Origin: Octopus vulgaris
Taxonomy: Eukaryota
DNA length: 64,000 nt
NCBI GenBank assembly: GCA_951406725.2
Contig: OX597830.1
Location: forward strand, 25,482,001 to 25,546,000
Direction: 5' to 3'
A model generated the notes under the pieces. It did no database searches. It was not told the DNA's origin and saw only the letters and a program-made list of their open reading frames with translations. Of the stretch, positions 39,769 through 52,621 are shown piece after piece (position 1 is the stretch's first letter; every line of letters begins with the position of its first letter). The translations under genes were made by a program, and so were the position numbers.

Positions 39769-40323
39769 GAGTGAGAGAGTAGTTCATGCCACCAAAGTGA
39801 CACTGGGGTAAAATATACGAAGCCCAATATACCCATCATGACTACCCGTCTGATAAGGGTACACCAGGCACATGCATCACAAGCATATGTGCGCGACATG
39901 GTGATCTCATATCAAGATAAACAGCACATGACCTTGCAGGTGGGGCCCAGTTAGAATTTTCTTCAGGTCGAGTAGCCCATCCTGCTCAAAAGGTCCCTGA
40001 ATAAGGGTTGTTTAAGGATGTTGAAAGAACCACCCATGTTTCCAGAGGTGAATTATTCAAACCCCAAAGAATCCCTCTCAACACATGGCTATGATGCTCC
40101 CCCACTACTTCTGCTCGTGATCAGAGATGCACATATCGTCAGCCACTAAGGGACATGCTCAACTGGTTAAGGTCAAACAACTGACAAGCAAATCTGTGGT
40201 ATTGAGCAGAATATTTGCTGTTAGCCCATCTTTTATACCAAGACAAAACAATGTACATGATAACACTTCCAATCAGTTAATATCAGAAGCCATGAGAGCC
40301 ACTGCCTGGTACTGCATCAGGGC

Positions 40324-40325
<2 letters not shown>
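39769..40325. mobile_element. ~555-bp non-coding element embedded in (TAA)n
   Basis: Complex sequence with sharp boundaries, flanked on both sides by (tta)n. Confidence 0.6.
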
Positions 40326-40381
<56 letters not shown>

Positions 40382-40384
<3 letters not shown>

Positions 40385-41308
40385 TAGTTTTATTTTTATA
40401 GCGTGCTTTCACTTCACTACCGAGCGCAGCTCTGTGTGCCTTGGGTATGTGCTGTGATTTGTTGTGATGCTCTGATGGTTATTGTATGGAAAGTGTTCTG
40501 CGTAGGATGTGTGCAGTGCCTAGTAGTGCAATTTTCTGTATGTTATATGTGTTTGTAAGTCCTGGTGTTTTTGTTATGTATTTGTCTGAATCTAATTTAT
40601 TAGGGTTCATTGCTGTATCCAAGTCTATATCTCTATTATTTTCCTTCCATATTTTATATGTATGTGTTGTTGTATTTTCATTTTTTGGGTAGAGCATTGC
40701 TGTGAAGTATGCGTGTAAGATAGAAATGTATTCCTCACGTGTCCATTTACGTCTTTTGGGTTTTATTTGCGGGACATGAGGTACAACGTCCGGCCCATTA
40801 TTTTGACGGTCGTCATTTTCGTAGGGTACCGGTCCGTTTATTTCTGTTGTCACATTATTTCGCACGTGTAGTTTTTCGTACATTTTTTGTTGTAAGTTTA
40901 ATGTACGTACCGCTCGATTGTTATTCTTGGGTTGAATAGTATCGGTGGCATTTAATTTCTTCGTAGTTCCTTTGTACATGGTGTTTGAGGTCGGGGATGA
41001 TCGTGATGTTCCACGCATGTTTACATGTGTTGTGTTAGAGGTGGAGATAATATCGAGTCAAAATACATCATTTCGTTTCGAAAATAGTAATAAATTTCAA
41101 TTAGTATTACTTACTCGGATACAGTCCAATTCTTTGTTAGTAAATCTTTGGCTCCATAGGATGTCCTTGTTTTCGATGTTTGTGGATAGATTTCGGAGCT
41201 CTGTATTTTCCTTCTTACATCTTAAACGTCCCCGGTGTTCTCTCTTAAACGTCCCCGGTGTTCTCCCTCTTAAACGTCCCCGGTGTTCTCCTCTTAAACG
41301 TCTCCGGT

Positions 41309-41309
<1 letters not shown>
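40382..41309 (-). mobile_element. Internally deleted R4/Dong-like non-LTR element in (TAA)n
   Basis: ORF 40479-41018 fuses an N-terminal KRRKWTREE segment to the C-terminal QKIALLGTAHILRRTL; four 23-25 bp 5' tandem repeats at 41221-41309; (TAA)n on both sides. Confidence 0.8.
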
Positions 41310-41363
<54 letters not shown>

Positions 41364-41373
41364 AGCTGCTATT

Positions 41374-41793
41374 AAGGTGGTGAAGTGGCAGTGTAGTTAG
41401 CACGCCGGGCAGAATGTGTAGCGGCATTTTGTTTGCTTTTTACATTCTGAGTTCAAATCTCTTCGAGGGCGACTTACCCTTTCGTCTTCTCGGATCGATA
41501 AAATAAGTACCAGTTGAACACTGGAGTCGATGTAATTGTCTCATCCCCTTCCCTCAAATTTCAGGCTTCCTGTCTTTAGTAAAAAGGATTATTATCGTTA
41601 GCACGCCGGACGAAACGCTTTCCTTAGCGGCATTTCGTCCGTCTTTACGTTCTGAGTTCAAATTCCGCCGGGGTCGACTTTGCCTTTCATCCTTTCGGGG
41701 TTGATAAATTAAGTACCTTTTGCCTACTGAGGTCGATCAAATCGACTGGCCCCCTCCCCCAAAATTTCAGGTCTTGTGCCTATAGCAGAAAGG

Positions 41794-41842
<49 letters not shown>

Positions 41843-42225
41843 CGTTCTGAGTTCAAATTCTGCCGAGGTCGACTTTGCCTTTCATCCCTTCGGAGTCAAT
41901 AAAATTAGTACCAGCTGCGCGCTTGGGTCGATGTAATCGATTTAATCCCGTCCTTCAAATTTTAGGCCTTGTGCTTCCGGTAAAAAAGATTATTATTATT
42001 ATTATTACTAAGGGGGCGAGCTGGCAGAATTGTTAGTAGGCCGGGTAAAACACTTATCGGCATTTTATCCGTCTTTACGTTCTGAGCTGAAATTCCGCCG
42101 AGGTCGACTTTGCCTTTCATATTTTCGAGGCCGATAAATTAAGTACCAGTTGAGCATTGGGGTGGGTTTATTCGGCTTAGCCCCTCTCCACAAAAGTGCT
42201 GGCCTAGAACAAAAATTTGAAACCA
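41374..42225 (+). mobile_element. Array of four head-to-tail SINE family A copies
   Basis: gttctgagttcaaattc..gtcgactttgcctttcat recurs four times, separated by (ATT)n/(ATC)n. Confidence 0.85.
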
Positions 42226-42624
42226 TTATCACTGTTGTTATTTAGTCCCAGGTTAACCCTGGCTGAGCAGACCTATAGTCAAAAGCGTTCCACCCATGGC
42301 TTTCCGATGCTTTTGCGGGCATTGAAGGTGTAGTTTTTCAATGCTTCTTTCCCTTCATCAGACACTAGGAGGAGGTCTATTTCGAGGGAAATACAGTTGC
42401 TCTTTCTAGTAGATCGACAGACCTTCTCGTTGGGTCATCTGACTGTTGTTGCTTTTGCTGCTGTCGAAGGTTTGATGAAAAGCTTACTACGATTGTACGC
42501 AACAGTTTTAAACGGAACCAAAAGGTTCGGTTTAAAGACATCAGGCAAAAGGACGAACGAAGGGCCAACAATGACCACTGCCAAATTAAAATCATCAAGC
42601 CGCAACGATACAGTCCTTTATCCG

Positions 42625-42925
42625 CATCATGAGTATTCGACTCATGATCGAAAGACCGTGAGTTCGATTCCCGGCGGCGTGCTGTGTCCTTGGTCAAGAC
42701 ACATTATTTTTCGTTACTTCAGTCTACTCAGCTGGCAAATATGAGTTGTACCTGTAATTCCAAGAGCCAGCCTTGTTACATTCTGTGAGTCACGCTGAAT
42801 ATCTCCAAGACCATGTTGAGGATACGCGTGTCTGTGGAGTACCCAGCTACTTGCACGCTAATTTCACGTGCAAGCTGTTCCAGTGATTGGAACAACTGGA
42901 ACACTCGTCGTATCCGACGGAGGGC
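42625..42925 (+). mobile_element. SINE family C
   Basis: gagttcgattcccggcgg, gccagccttgt.aca, cttgcacg.taatttcacg. Confidence 0.8.
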
Positions 42926-43222
42926 CAGGTCTTGCATCGTACCTGCGTACTCATTAAGTAAGCGGTGAAACTGAAGATGGAAAAGAAAAAAAGTTATTGT
43001 AGAATCGACGGACAGCCATAATAACAACTGTTTATTGCTTTCCTTAATGTTGTTGTTGTTGTTGTTGTTGCCGCTGTTGCTGTTATTGCTTAACCTTTGA
43101 TTAGGAACTGATCAAGCTCCTCTGCCACAGAGGTACTCACATCAAACAACTGCGTACGATCGAAGAAGCCATTGTCTCACATAAATTCCACCTGGTGGCG
43201 AATAGGAGTTTATCGCGTAGAT

Positions 43223-43473
43223 CAGTGGTTTCCAAACATTTTCAGGTCACATTCCTAGCACCCCCACCCCAATTAAAAATCACAAGCATAGACCCCTTTC
43301 TGAAGCCTAATTCAAAGAAACTGTATTTCACAAATAAAACTTAACCGAATGAACCCATTTTTCGTTGTTTTGACATGGATCGCTACCCCATTATCGTCCC
43401 ACTTTTCTTCAACACCTCTTGGAACTTTCTATCGCCCCCAGGGAAGCAGTATCGCCCATTTTGGGAACCACTG
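43223..43473. mobile_element. hAT/Charlie-type MITE
   Basis: TIRs cagtggtttccaaa / tttgggaaccactg; 8-bp TSD gcgtagat. Confidence 0.88.
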
Positions 43474-44011
43474 GCGTAGATCACAGTAGAGCTTTTGCCC
43501 GCCTCTATCGAAAGCTGTGCCTGTTTGTTTTGCATAATACTTGTTGATTAGGTCTAACTTATTCGTAAATTAAGAGAGTAGTCTATAACTAAAACTTTTC
43601 CAGATGTGACCATCCCGTCTTTTCTATTTTGCATATCATAAGTTTATCTCGGATTTCTTTGTCTAATATGACTTTACTCTTTAATTTTCGTTAAGACGCT
43701 GGAGTATGATTAGAGGGAAATTTGGCTACTATTTCTGGGAAATCTTTGCCGAGGTAACCTTGATGGAGGCGGGTGAGGTAGACACGGGGGAGTAGGATAC
43801 TTTCTGTTTCGTTGTATTTGTTGTGTTACAGGTGATGACCTCCCCTCCACAATATATGGATGGATATGAGATTATATATGTGAATATATATATGTATATA
43901 CATGCATATATATATCTACATGCATATACACACGCACACATAAACATACATACAGATAGATATACATACATACACACATGCATACACACACACACACTCA
44001 CACATACATAT

Positions 44012-44280
44012 ATGTAATGGACTCTCCGGTATGAAGGTTCGACAACCACACAAATTATTTGTCTATAGTGACCAAATGTTTGTGTAGACATAAGCTCACT
44101 CCCTCCATCAAATCGACATTACCTGTACAGCTGCAACTGGGTGCCACATGTCAGATGTTGAAATGATTGCAGAGCAACGTGAAATGAAGTGCTTTGCTGA
44201 AGAACACGATGCCCGGTCTGGGAATCGATCTCACGATCTCGCAATCGTGAGTGCAACAACTTTAACCAATAAGTCTTCAC
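44012..44280 (-). mobile_element. SINE family C variant
   Basis: gagcaacgtgaaatgaagtgctttgct..ggaatcga. Confidence 0.7.
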
Positions 44281-44560
<280 letters not shown>

Positions 44561-44864
44561 ACATATTTTTTTCTTCAGACAGAGAATAAAATACTTGATT
44601 CTAAGTCTGCAATATTTCTGATGGCAAATTTTTTACATATTTATCCGACACCTGCAATTTTGTAATTCCTATTAGCAAATGAAACATGTTTAATGGAGAA
44701 TGAATAACACCTACAAAAATTTTCCCAACTCCTCTGTTTTGATAATAAATTACTCTGCAAGCAATATTTCCAGAACTTTCAACTCTAATGCGTACCTCAC
44801 ATAAATATAACAACTACATACAGAAGCAGATGTGCTTCAGGGACACAGCTTGGATTTTAACATT

Positions 44865-45172
44865 ACAATGGCCCAGTGGTTAGGGCAGCGGACTCGCGGT
44901 CGGAGGATCGCGGTTTCGATTCCCAGACCGGGCGTTGTGTGTGTTTATTGAGCGAAAACACCTAAAGCTCCACGAGGCTCCGGAAGGAGGCGGTGGCGAC
45001 CCCTGTTGTACTCTTTCGCCCCAACTTTCTCTCATTCTTCCTTCCTGTTTCTTAAGTAACGCTGCGATGGACTGGCATCCCGTCCAGCTGGGAGGAACAC
45101 ATACGCCATAGAAACCGGGAAACCGGGCCCATGAGCCTGGATAGGCTTGAAAAGGGCGCATAAATAAAAAGA
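44865..45172 (+). mobile_element. tRNA-derived SINE family D, full length
   Basis: tggcccagtggttagggcagcggactcgcgg..gtttcgattcccagacc head; A-rich tail. Confidence 0.88.
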
Positions 45173-45992
45173 AATATATTAGGATACGTTACAAGGTGGT
45201 TGATATTTCTAGTCACATCGAAGTTTTCTCGCTGGCTGTTATTGACGTTGCTGGGGCTGTGAGAGTTGGTGCGTCAAGAGACGTGGGTATCGTCCTGTTA
45301 GAAACCTATTCCGGTATTTACAACCGAGTTTACTCAGCTAAAAGCGCCTATAGTCTAGAAGATGCTTTTTGCATCTCACAGCAAAAAATCAGAGCTGTCG
45401 TGTTTCATCTTACAAGTATTAGATATGCTGTCTTACAGGACTCAAAATGCCATTTATTTTATGAAGCCCGTTAAATGTTCGTAGAGACCATCACTCCAAG
45501 AGCAGTTGTATTCACTCTGGCTGAAAAATTCCTTCCTTCATGAGGTGATTTGTTGGTTGATTATTACTTCAGATACGATAGCAAATTGGTTTGGCTACTT
45601 TAGTTTAAGAAACGGAAGCGAAGGCTTAATGGCCTGAATAAAATAACAGGAAAAAGTTTTAATGAGAGGAAAAAGCGTGTAAGTGAAGGAATGGTTGGAC
45701 ATATATGATGCGAGAAAGGAAACTATATACCTCTGTGGAATGAGATTTCCATAATTGATAGAGAATCGCTGCAGAACCTTACAAACATCAAAGAAACAGT
45801 TCATACATATAACATTTGCTGATAACCCAGTCAATGAGGCTGACATTTGATCAATATGGCTCTTTTCACTGGAAAACAAATTTAAATAACCTAAAACTGT
45901 AAACATTAATTGTACGTAGCAGCAAACTGGTAGAATCGATCGTTGAAAGAAAAAAAATGCCTTGCGACATTTGTTCTCTTTACATAATGAAT

Positions 45993-46530
45993 TCAAATCC
46001 CGCCGAGTTCAACTTGGCCTTTCATCCCTCCAGGGTTGATAAAATGGAATACCAGTGACGGATTAGCGTTGACGGTATCAACTAATTTAGGCGGCGAGCT
46101 GGTAGAACCGTTAGCACCCCGGGCGAAATGCGTAGCAGTATTTCGTCTGCCGTTACGTTCTGAGTTCAAATTCCGCCAAGGTCGACTTTGCCTTTCATCC
46201 TTTCGGGGTCGATAAATTAAGTACCAGTTACGCACTGGGGTCGATGTAATCGACTTAATCCGTTTGTCTGTCCTTTGTTTGTCTCCTCTGTGTTTAGCCC
46301 CTTGTGGGTAGTAAAGAAATAGGTATCAACTAATCCCATCTCACGAAAATTGTTGATCTTGTGCTTGAATTAGAAACTGTGAATTGTACAGTCAGTGGCT
46401 GTGAGGTCGATTTTACCGTTCATCTTTTCGGGGTCGATAAAATAAATACCAGTCGAGCACGGGAGTCAATGTAATCGACTTCCGTCCCCACCCGCGAAAT
46501 TCCTGGCCTTGTGCCAAAATTTGAAATCAT
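45993..46530 (+). mobile_element. Nested SINE family A cluster
   Basis: Young copy 46089-46323 with TSD ggtatcaactaat inside an older copy; third fragment at 46403-46530. Confidence 0.85.
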
Positions 46531-46826
46531 TATTACGTATTAATCTACTGAAAAAACTTACTCTTCGCGACTATTTAGAACTTCGCTTAAATTCTTTATG
46601 CTCAGTCTTATCGGAATGTTAAATGGCGATGCAATTATCAGAATATTCAGAAAAAATAGATACGACTGCAGTAATACATTCGCATCACATCTATACCGGG
46701 AACATGGCATGAATAAGTAATGAAGAATAAGCGGGAAGCATTAATAAAGCAAATTATCAACAACAAATGCCTTTTACTAAGAGACAACGCGCAGAAATAT
46801 TTTCATAACAAAACCAAATATTTACT

Positions 46827-46827
<1 letters not shown>

Positions 46828-46866
<39 letters not shown>

Positions 46867-47160
46867 TGTGTGCGTGCGCGCGTGTGTGTTTGTGAGTGTT
46901 CGCGTGCGTGCATGTGTGTGTGTCTATGTATATATATACATATATACATGTACGTATATATATATATATATACATACATATATATGTATATATGTATACA
47001 TATATGCATACATACATACATATATATGCATATATGTATACATATATTCAAACATTTATCTATACATGTATATATATGTATATCTCTACATAGAGTTATA
47101 CGTATTTATATATGCACACACACACACACACTCACACACACATATATATATATATATATC
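46828..47160. repeat. (TG)n/(TA)n microsatellite
   Basis: Direct read. Confidence 0.95.
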
Positions 47161-47369
47161 AAAATAAGCAACAGGATATGAAGAGGTGATGCAGTACGAC
47201 CGTTTCAAGCGGATCTTTTTAATTGAACAATGCGATCATTACATCAATTTAAATGCAGGGCTATCCTCAGCTGCATAAATAAATAGAATATTTTAATTAG
47301 TTGGACACATTAATATAATTTTACTCAAATTCTCTAACGGAGCAATATAATCTAGCAGTATCATCTAGC

Positions 47370-47454
47370 ATAGGCGTAGGAGTGGCTGCGTGATAAGTAG
47401 CTTACTTACCAACCACATGGTTCTGGGTTCAGTCCCGCTACGTGACACCTTGGC
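47370..47454 (+). mobile_element. SINE family B head
   Basis: ggcgtaggagtggctg..aaccacatggttctgggttcagtccc..accttggc. Confidence 0.8.
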
Positions 47455-47859
47455 AAACTGCAGTTTGCCCTCAGGGAGTGAAATAATCATTACAGATATA
47501 GGGTAAAGAATTATTAATTTAATAATTAATAAATTTTACCAAGTAGTTTCGGTATGGAAAAAAACATTATCGGTAAAAACTTGTACAAAAAGCTACATGG
47601 TAAAATTTATTAATTATTAAGTTAATAATTCTTTACCCTATATCTGTAATGATTATTTCACTCCCTGATAGCAAACTGCAGTTTTTTCTGCGGTACTATC
47701 TTGTGACGCACATGGTAATCTTGGAGGGAAATATGAAATCATTCGTCTATATAAATTTGGAAGTGCTGACTACTTTGTGTTATGTTTCGATGGCGCTTGA
47801 TCGAAGATGCAAAGGGTAAGTTTTTTTAGCATTTTAAAATTTATAATTCTCGAAGTATT

Positions 47860-47911
47860 ATGCCGATGAAGGAAATGAATTTGTATAATTCTAATCCAGA
47901 AACGTGTCCAT
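47860..47911 (+). ncRNA. Degenerate minimal hammerhead motif
   Basis: atg-CCGATGA-agga..tcca-GAAA-cgtg-TC-cat. Confidence 0.6.
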
Positions 47912-48075
47912 TATTAATCGTAGACTGTTTGATTTCGTTATTTTTTCTTCTTTTTGCCTATGTGAGTTACAAATATTGTCTGCGGAGTCATATTTGTAGT
48001 AAAAAGGAATTAGCTGTCTTTTGGCTGCTATTTCTAAATTTTCGGTATGCGGTGAAGCAACTTGTTGTTAAACCC

Positions 48076-48133
<58 letters not shown>

Positions 48134-48198
48134 GTATGTATATATGTATATATAAATAAGGGTTTAGCAACAATATAATATTTTTAATATTGTGAAGT

Positions 48199-48281
48199 CC
48201 CAGGCTGATGAAGTAAATGTTCGGGTAAAGTATAAATTTCATATTCTTTATACCGATCTAATTCTGAAACGCGTACATGGG
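48199..48281 (+). ncRNA. Minimal type I hammerhead motif with long stem II
   Basis: cccagg-CTGATGA-ag...ct-GAAA-cgcg-TA-catggg. Confidence 0.8.
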
Positions 48282-48566
48282 TAATCTAATATCGATTGAT
48301 TTTCGTTATTTTTCCTCTCTGCCTTCGTGGATTGTTTACGATTAATTTGTTTTTTTTCCAGGAGTCTCTCTTTAAAGTAGAAGAAATAGCTAAGGTTCTT
48401 TGGCTGCTATTTCTAAACTTCGGTATGTGGTAAGGCAAATCTTTGCTGAACCCTATTATAAAGTATTACTTTAGTTTACGGTGAAATGGTCCTTTTTCAT
48501 GCCGAATTCTACTTGGTGAAATTATTGATTACTGGTTAATTAATTAATTTTACCCTTTGTTATTAT

Positions 48567-48622
<56 letters not shown>

Positions 48623-48732
48623 GGGTTTAGCAACAAGTTGCTTCACCGCATACCGATTATTTGCCAACCTAATGTGGCAGTCCCGTTTAGGGCGAATGGT
48701 ACTGTGTTGTTTAGCTTCAATGATATTTCTAG

Positions 48733-49094
48733 ATTACGGGGACGTAAATACACCAACACTAGTTGTGAAGCGGTGGTGAAGGACAAACACCCGCACCCAC
48801 CCACATATACATGTGTATATATATATATTGATAGAAATGGTAAGACAACAAACGAATGAAAGAGACCTCGATATTATGTAAATAGAGGAATTTATCTGTA
48901 AATATAATATGTGACAATTATTCGGTAGGCATGATAAAACTCGGAGTTTCGGATGTCGGGCGGAAATCCACGCCGGGATTTTTCATAGCATTTTTTCGAT
49001 GGCCAGATAACTGAAGAGATAGCGTCGTGGGTTTCCGCCCCAATCTCCGAAACTCCGAGTTTTTTCATGGCTACCGAATAATTGTCACATAGTA

Positions 49095-49158
<64 letters not shown>

Positions 49159-49167
49159 ATTATGTTT

Positions 49168-49207
<40 letters not shown>

Positions 49208-49340
49208 CGGACTTCACTCAGTTTCCAACTATCAAATCCACTCACTACTGCCCGAGGCAATAGTAGAAAACATTAATCCGAGGTGTCATACAGTTGGACT
49301 GATTCCAGAACCACGTGGTTGGGAAGCAAGCTTTTTACCA
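48733..49340 (-). mobile_element. SINE family B split by a second HHR-foldback element (48830-49100)
   Basis: HHR at 49006-49066 gataa-CTGAAGA-gat..atctcc-GAAA-ctccgag-TT-ttttc; homologous to 34527-34811. Confidence 0.75.
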
Positions 49341-49794
49341 CATCTGAGAAGTATGGTGGTGAAGAAGAAAGGAAATAACAACTGATCTATACAAGCGGGA
49401 AAATATCTTTAAAGACCGCGGACTTGCTCAAACTAAATCAGGCAATGAATGTTAAACAAGAACGAGGATAAAAGCTGAATATGAATATTTCAACAATTTT
49501 ATAAATTTCCTCAATCTCTACATCAAATGTCGGAGATCAGTCCATATTATTCTGTAAGGAACATGAGGACGTTTTCCCGGTTTCTCTGGCGTCGCCGAAT
49601 TACTCATTTTCCCCAGGTGAATGGATTGGAACAACATAAAATGAAGTGAGTTTTCTCGAACGAAATTCATTCGAGTTTTATGTTACCTGTACATTATGAT
49701 AATGATTTTTCTTGAGTCCTAGAACTCATAAGGCCGGTTACTTTGGTTTCGATGGCGTTCACCCCGTGAACGAGACGTCAGTCTGCTGTAGAGT

Positions 49795-50000
49795 TCAAGG
49801 CCAGCAATGTTGAGGGGATGGGACAAGCATGTTGATTATATGAACTCTAGTACTTGACTGGTCCTTTATTTTGTTAAGTCCGAAAGGATAAAAGGCAAAG
49901 TCGACTTCATTAGGATTTGAACTGAAAACGTATAGATCAAGAAAAAATGCCGCTATGCATTTTTGTCGGACGCGCTAACGGTTCTACCAGCTCGCCGCAT
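49795..50000 (-). mobile_element. SINE family A, degenerate
   Basis: cgaaaggat.aaaggcaaagtcgac...ccagctcgcc. Confidence 0.75.
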
Positions 50001-50657
50001 TGTAAAATTTTCTACATACGTGTAATGGTTGTTAAAAATTTAGCACGCGAAAACAATGGAAAAGAAATTGCTTTAAAATATTGTATAAGAGAGCAAGATG
50101 GGTATACCTGCATAGTTCAGTAAGAGAACAGTCAGTTAACAAATAGGAAACATAATCTTCGTTAAAAAAATTCAAATTTTGGCAAATGAGATAAAGATGA
50201 ATTAATGGTAGAAATAAGTCAAAAGCTAACTTTTGTAAGAACAACTAAGTTTACGTGAATGAATAAAAAGCAAAAAAAAAAAAAATTACTTTAATAAGAA
50301 TGTAACGTTCATTGTCTTTTCTGCTTCTGAAGAAAAGTTTGGTGTTGGTAAATGAGATGGCGAGAAATTTCCTGTTAGATTTAACAGCACCGTGTGTATT
50401 TTCATTTTTGCTATCAGAGAAAACTTTATTGTATGGAAAGATGAAAGAAAAAGACGAAAAGAGAAAGGAGAAAATGTGAGTTGCGAAATTTATCTTTCTG
50501 TTTTTGTGTGTAGGCAAGAAGGTTATATGTGTGAAAATTCATCTTACGATAGCAAAGGCAAGACAACTTCATTTGTTTTCGTTGAGTACTAGTCAGTATC
50601 TCTCTCTAAAATTTTGCCTTCCTGAGTTGAATTCAGGGCGGAGAAAAAGCTATTTTC

Positions 50658-51053
50658 TTTTCTACTATGGGCACAAGGCCCGAAATTTGGGGAAGGAAGA
50701 TAGTCGATGTCATCGACCCCAGTGCATAACTGGTACTTATTTCATCGACCCCGAAAGGATGAAAGGTAAAGTCGACCTCGGCGGAATTTGAACTCAGAAC
50801 GTAGTGACACGCGAAATACCTATTTCTTTACTACCCACAAAGGGCTAAACACAGAAGGGACAAACAAGGACAGACAAACGGATTAAGTCGATTATATCGA
50901 CCCCAGTGCGTAACTGGTACTCATTTAATCGACTCCAAAAGGATGAAAGGCAAAGTCGACCTCGGCGGAATTTGAACTCAGAACGTAGCGGCAGACGAAA
51001 TACCTATAAGCATTTCGCCCAGCGTGCTAAAGGTTCTGCCAGCTCGCCGCCTT
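50658..51053 (-). mobile_element. Dimeric SINE family A with TSD
   Basis: Same junction as 30015-30411; TSD gagaaa(a/g)agctatttt. Confidence 0.85.
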
Positions 51054-51329
51054 GAGAAAGAGCTATTTTATAGTTGACGGCAGGTTCAGATGAGCAAAGA
51101 CACAAATTTTGGTAGGCAAAGAAAAACTGATTACATGTGACTGTTTGTTATCTAACGTCAGACAGAAATTTTTTCCGTGACCCTCATTGTGAAAGGATAA
51201 ATAACCTTACTAAAGGTGAGATGGGTAATTTGACTTTTAAGAGAGATAAACATTGTTTGACTACAATCTAATAGCTCCCAGTTCAGTTCCATGACGATGT
51301 ACTGTTGCTTTCTTGATTACTAATCGATA

Positions 51330-51520
51330 AAGCGACGAACTGGGAAGAATCGTTAGCACGCCGGTCAAAATGTTTTGCAGATTTCGTTCGCCTTTACGTT
51401 CTGATTTCAAATTAAGGCGAGGTCGACCTTACCTATCATCCTTTTGGGATCGATGAAATATATATCAGTTGAACACTGGGGCCGATGAAATTGACTAGCC
51501 CTCTTTCCCCTAATTTCGGA
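51330..51520 (+). mobile_element. SINE family A
   Basis: gaatcgttagcacgccgg..gaggtcgacctt. Confidence 0.75.
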
Positions 51521-51664
51521 GATATTATAACTAGTCGAATTTTTTGTTGCTTGATTCACTTAGTTATAGAACGTATTTGAAGCGGAGGAATTAAAGCAAA
51601 GTCAGGTTGTATCTACATACGTATGTAAACAAACGTAAACACTACTTACACACACATACAAGAG

Positions 51665-51990
51665 GAGACCCCCTTCGGTCATGAATGACCATGTGACTGC
51701 ACCAAGAAAGTTACCCTCCGAGGCACAAGTCAGGGCATGATTGTTTGTGGAAGGCTAGCAGTCGCCCATGCATACCAGCCTAACCCCTCTCCACACCAAG
51801 GGAAAGGCAAAGGCCAATACAGCTTGGCACCGGTGATATCGCAACTCAATTCTACAGCTGAGTGAACTGGAGCAACGAGAAATAAAGTGTCTTGCCCAAG
51901 AACAAAATACACAGCCCGGTCCGGGAATCGAACTCACAACCTCACGATCGTAAACTCTACGCTCTAACCACTGAGACATGTGCCTTCATA
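51665..51990 (-). mobile_element. SINE family C variant
   Basis: Homologous to 29024-29345. Confidence 0.85.
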
Positions 51991-52204
51991 GCACAAACGT
52001 AGAGACAATATACATATAAATAAAAAATACAATCTTCACACACACACACACACATACATACAACATTGTGTATACGTATATTTATTTTACTTCGCGTTCC
52101 ACTGTTAAAAACGATTTATTTCACATATATTTATATTTTTCATACACGTGTATTTACATGCACATATATTTATTTGATTATTATTATTTTATCCACAGAA
52201 TAAT

Positions 52205-52621
52205 GATTTCAAATTTAGGCACAAGGCCAGCAGATTTTAAGATGAAAATGTTGTTCAATGCCATCGACTCAACTATTCGAAAGGATAAAAGCAAGGGTGG
52301 ACTCCGTGGAATTTGAGCTCAGAACGAAAAAAAACCCGTGCCCTAGCGCTTAAGCCAGCTCGCTGCTTTGCTTACCATTTATTTACATGTCTCCTAAAAA
52401 TTGGTTTCAAATTTTGGCTCAAGGACAGCATTTTTATTGGGGGGGAGGGGCTAAGTAGTTTACATTGACCCCAGGGTTCAAGTGGTACATATTTTATTGA
52501 TCCGGAAGGGAATGAAAAGCAAAGTCGACCCAGGCAGAATTTGAACTTGGAACGTAAAGAAGGACGAAATGCCGTTAAGCATTTTACCCAGCGTGCTAAC
52601 GATTCTATCAGCTCGCCGCTT
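52205..52621 (-). mobile_element. Two degenerate SINE family A copies
   Basis: ggcacaaggcc..ggaatttga.ct..cagctcgc occurs twice. Confidence 0.7.

Larger units (their letters stand above)
47455..48660 (+). mobile_element. Cluster of PLE pLTR-like modules with inverted ends
   Basis: 47455-47545 is inverted at ~47593-47683; tail cggtatgcggtgaagcaacttgttg.taaaccctta at ~48043-48080 and ~48421-48455, inverted at ~48157-48172 and ~48616-48656. Confidence 0.75.

Noticed and set aside
41221-41309. CRISPR-like 24-bp repeats
   Set aside because: No spacers, eukaryotic context; 5' tandem repeats of the R4-like element
44865-44935. tRNA gene (also 54795 and other SINE heads)
   Set aside because: A/B boxes continue into multi-copy SINE bodies; no clean acceptor stem
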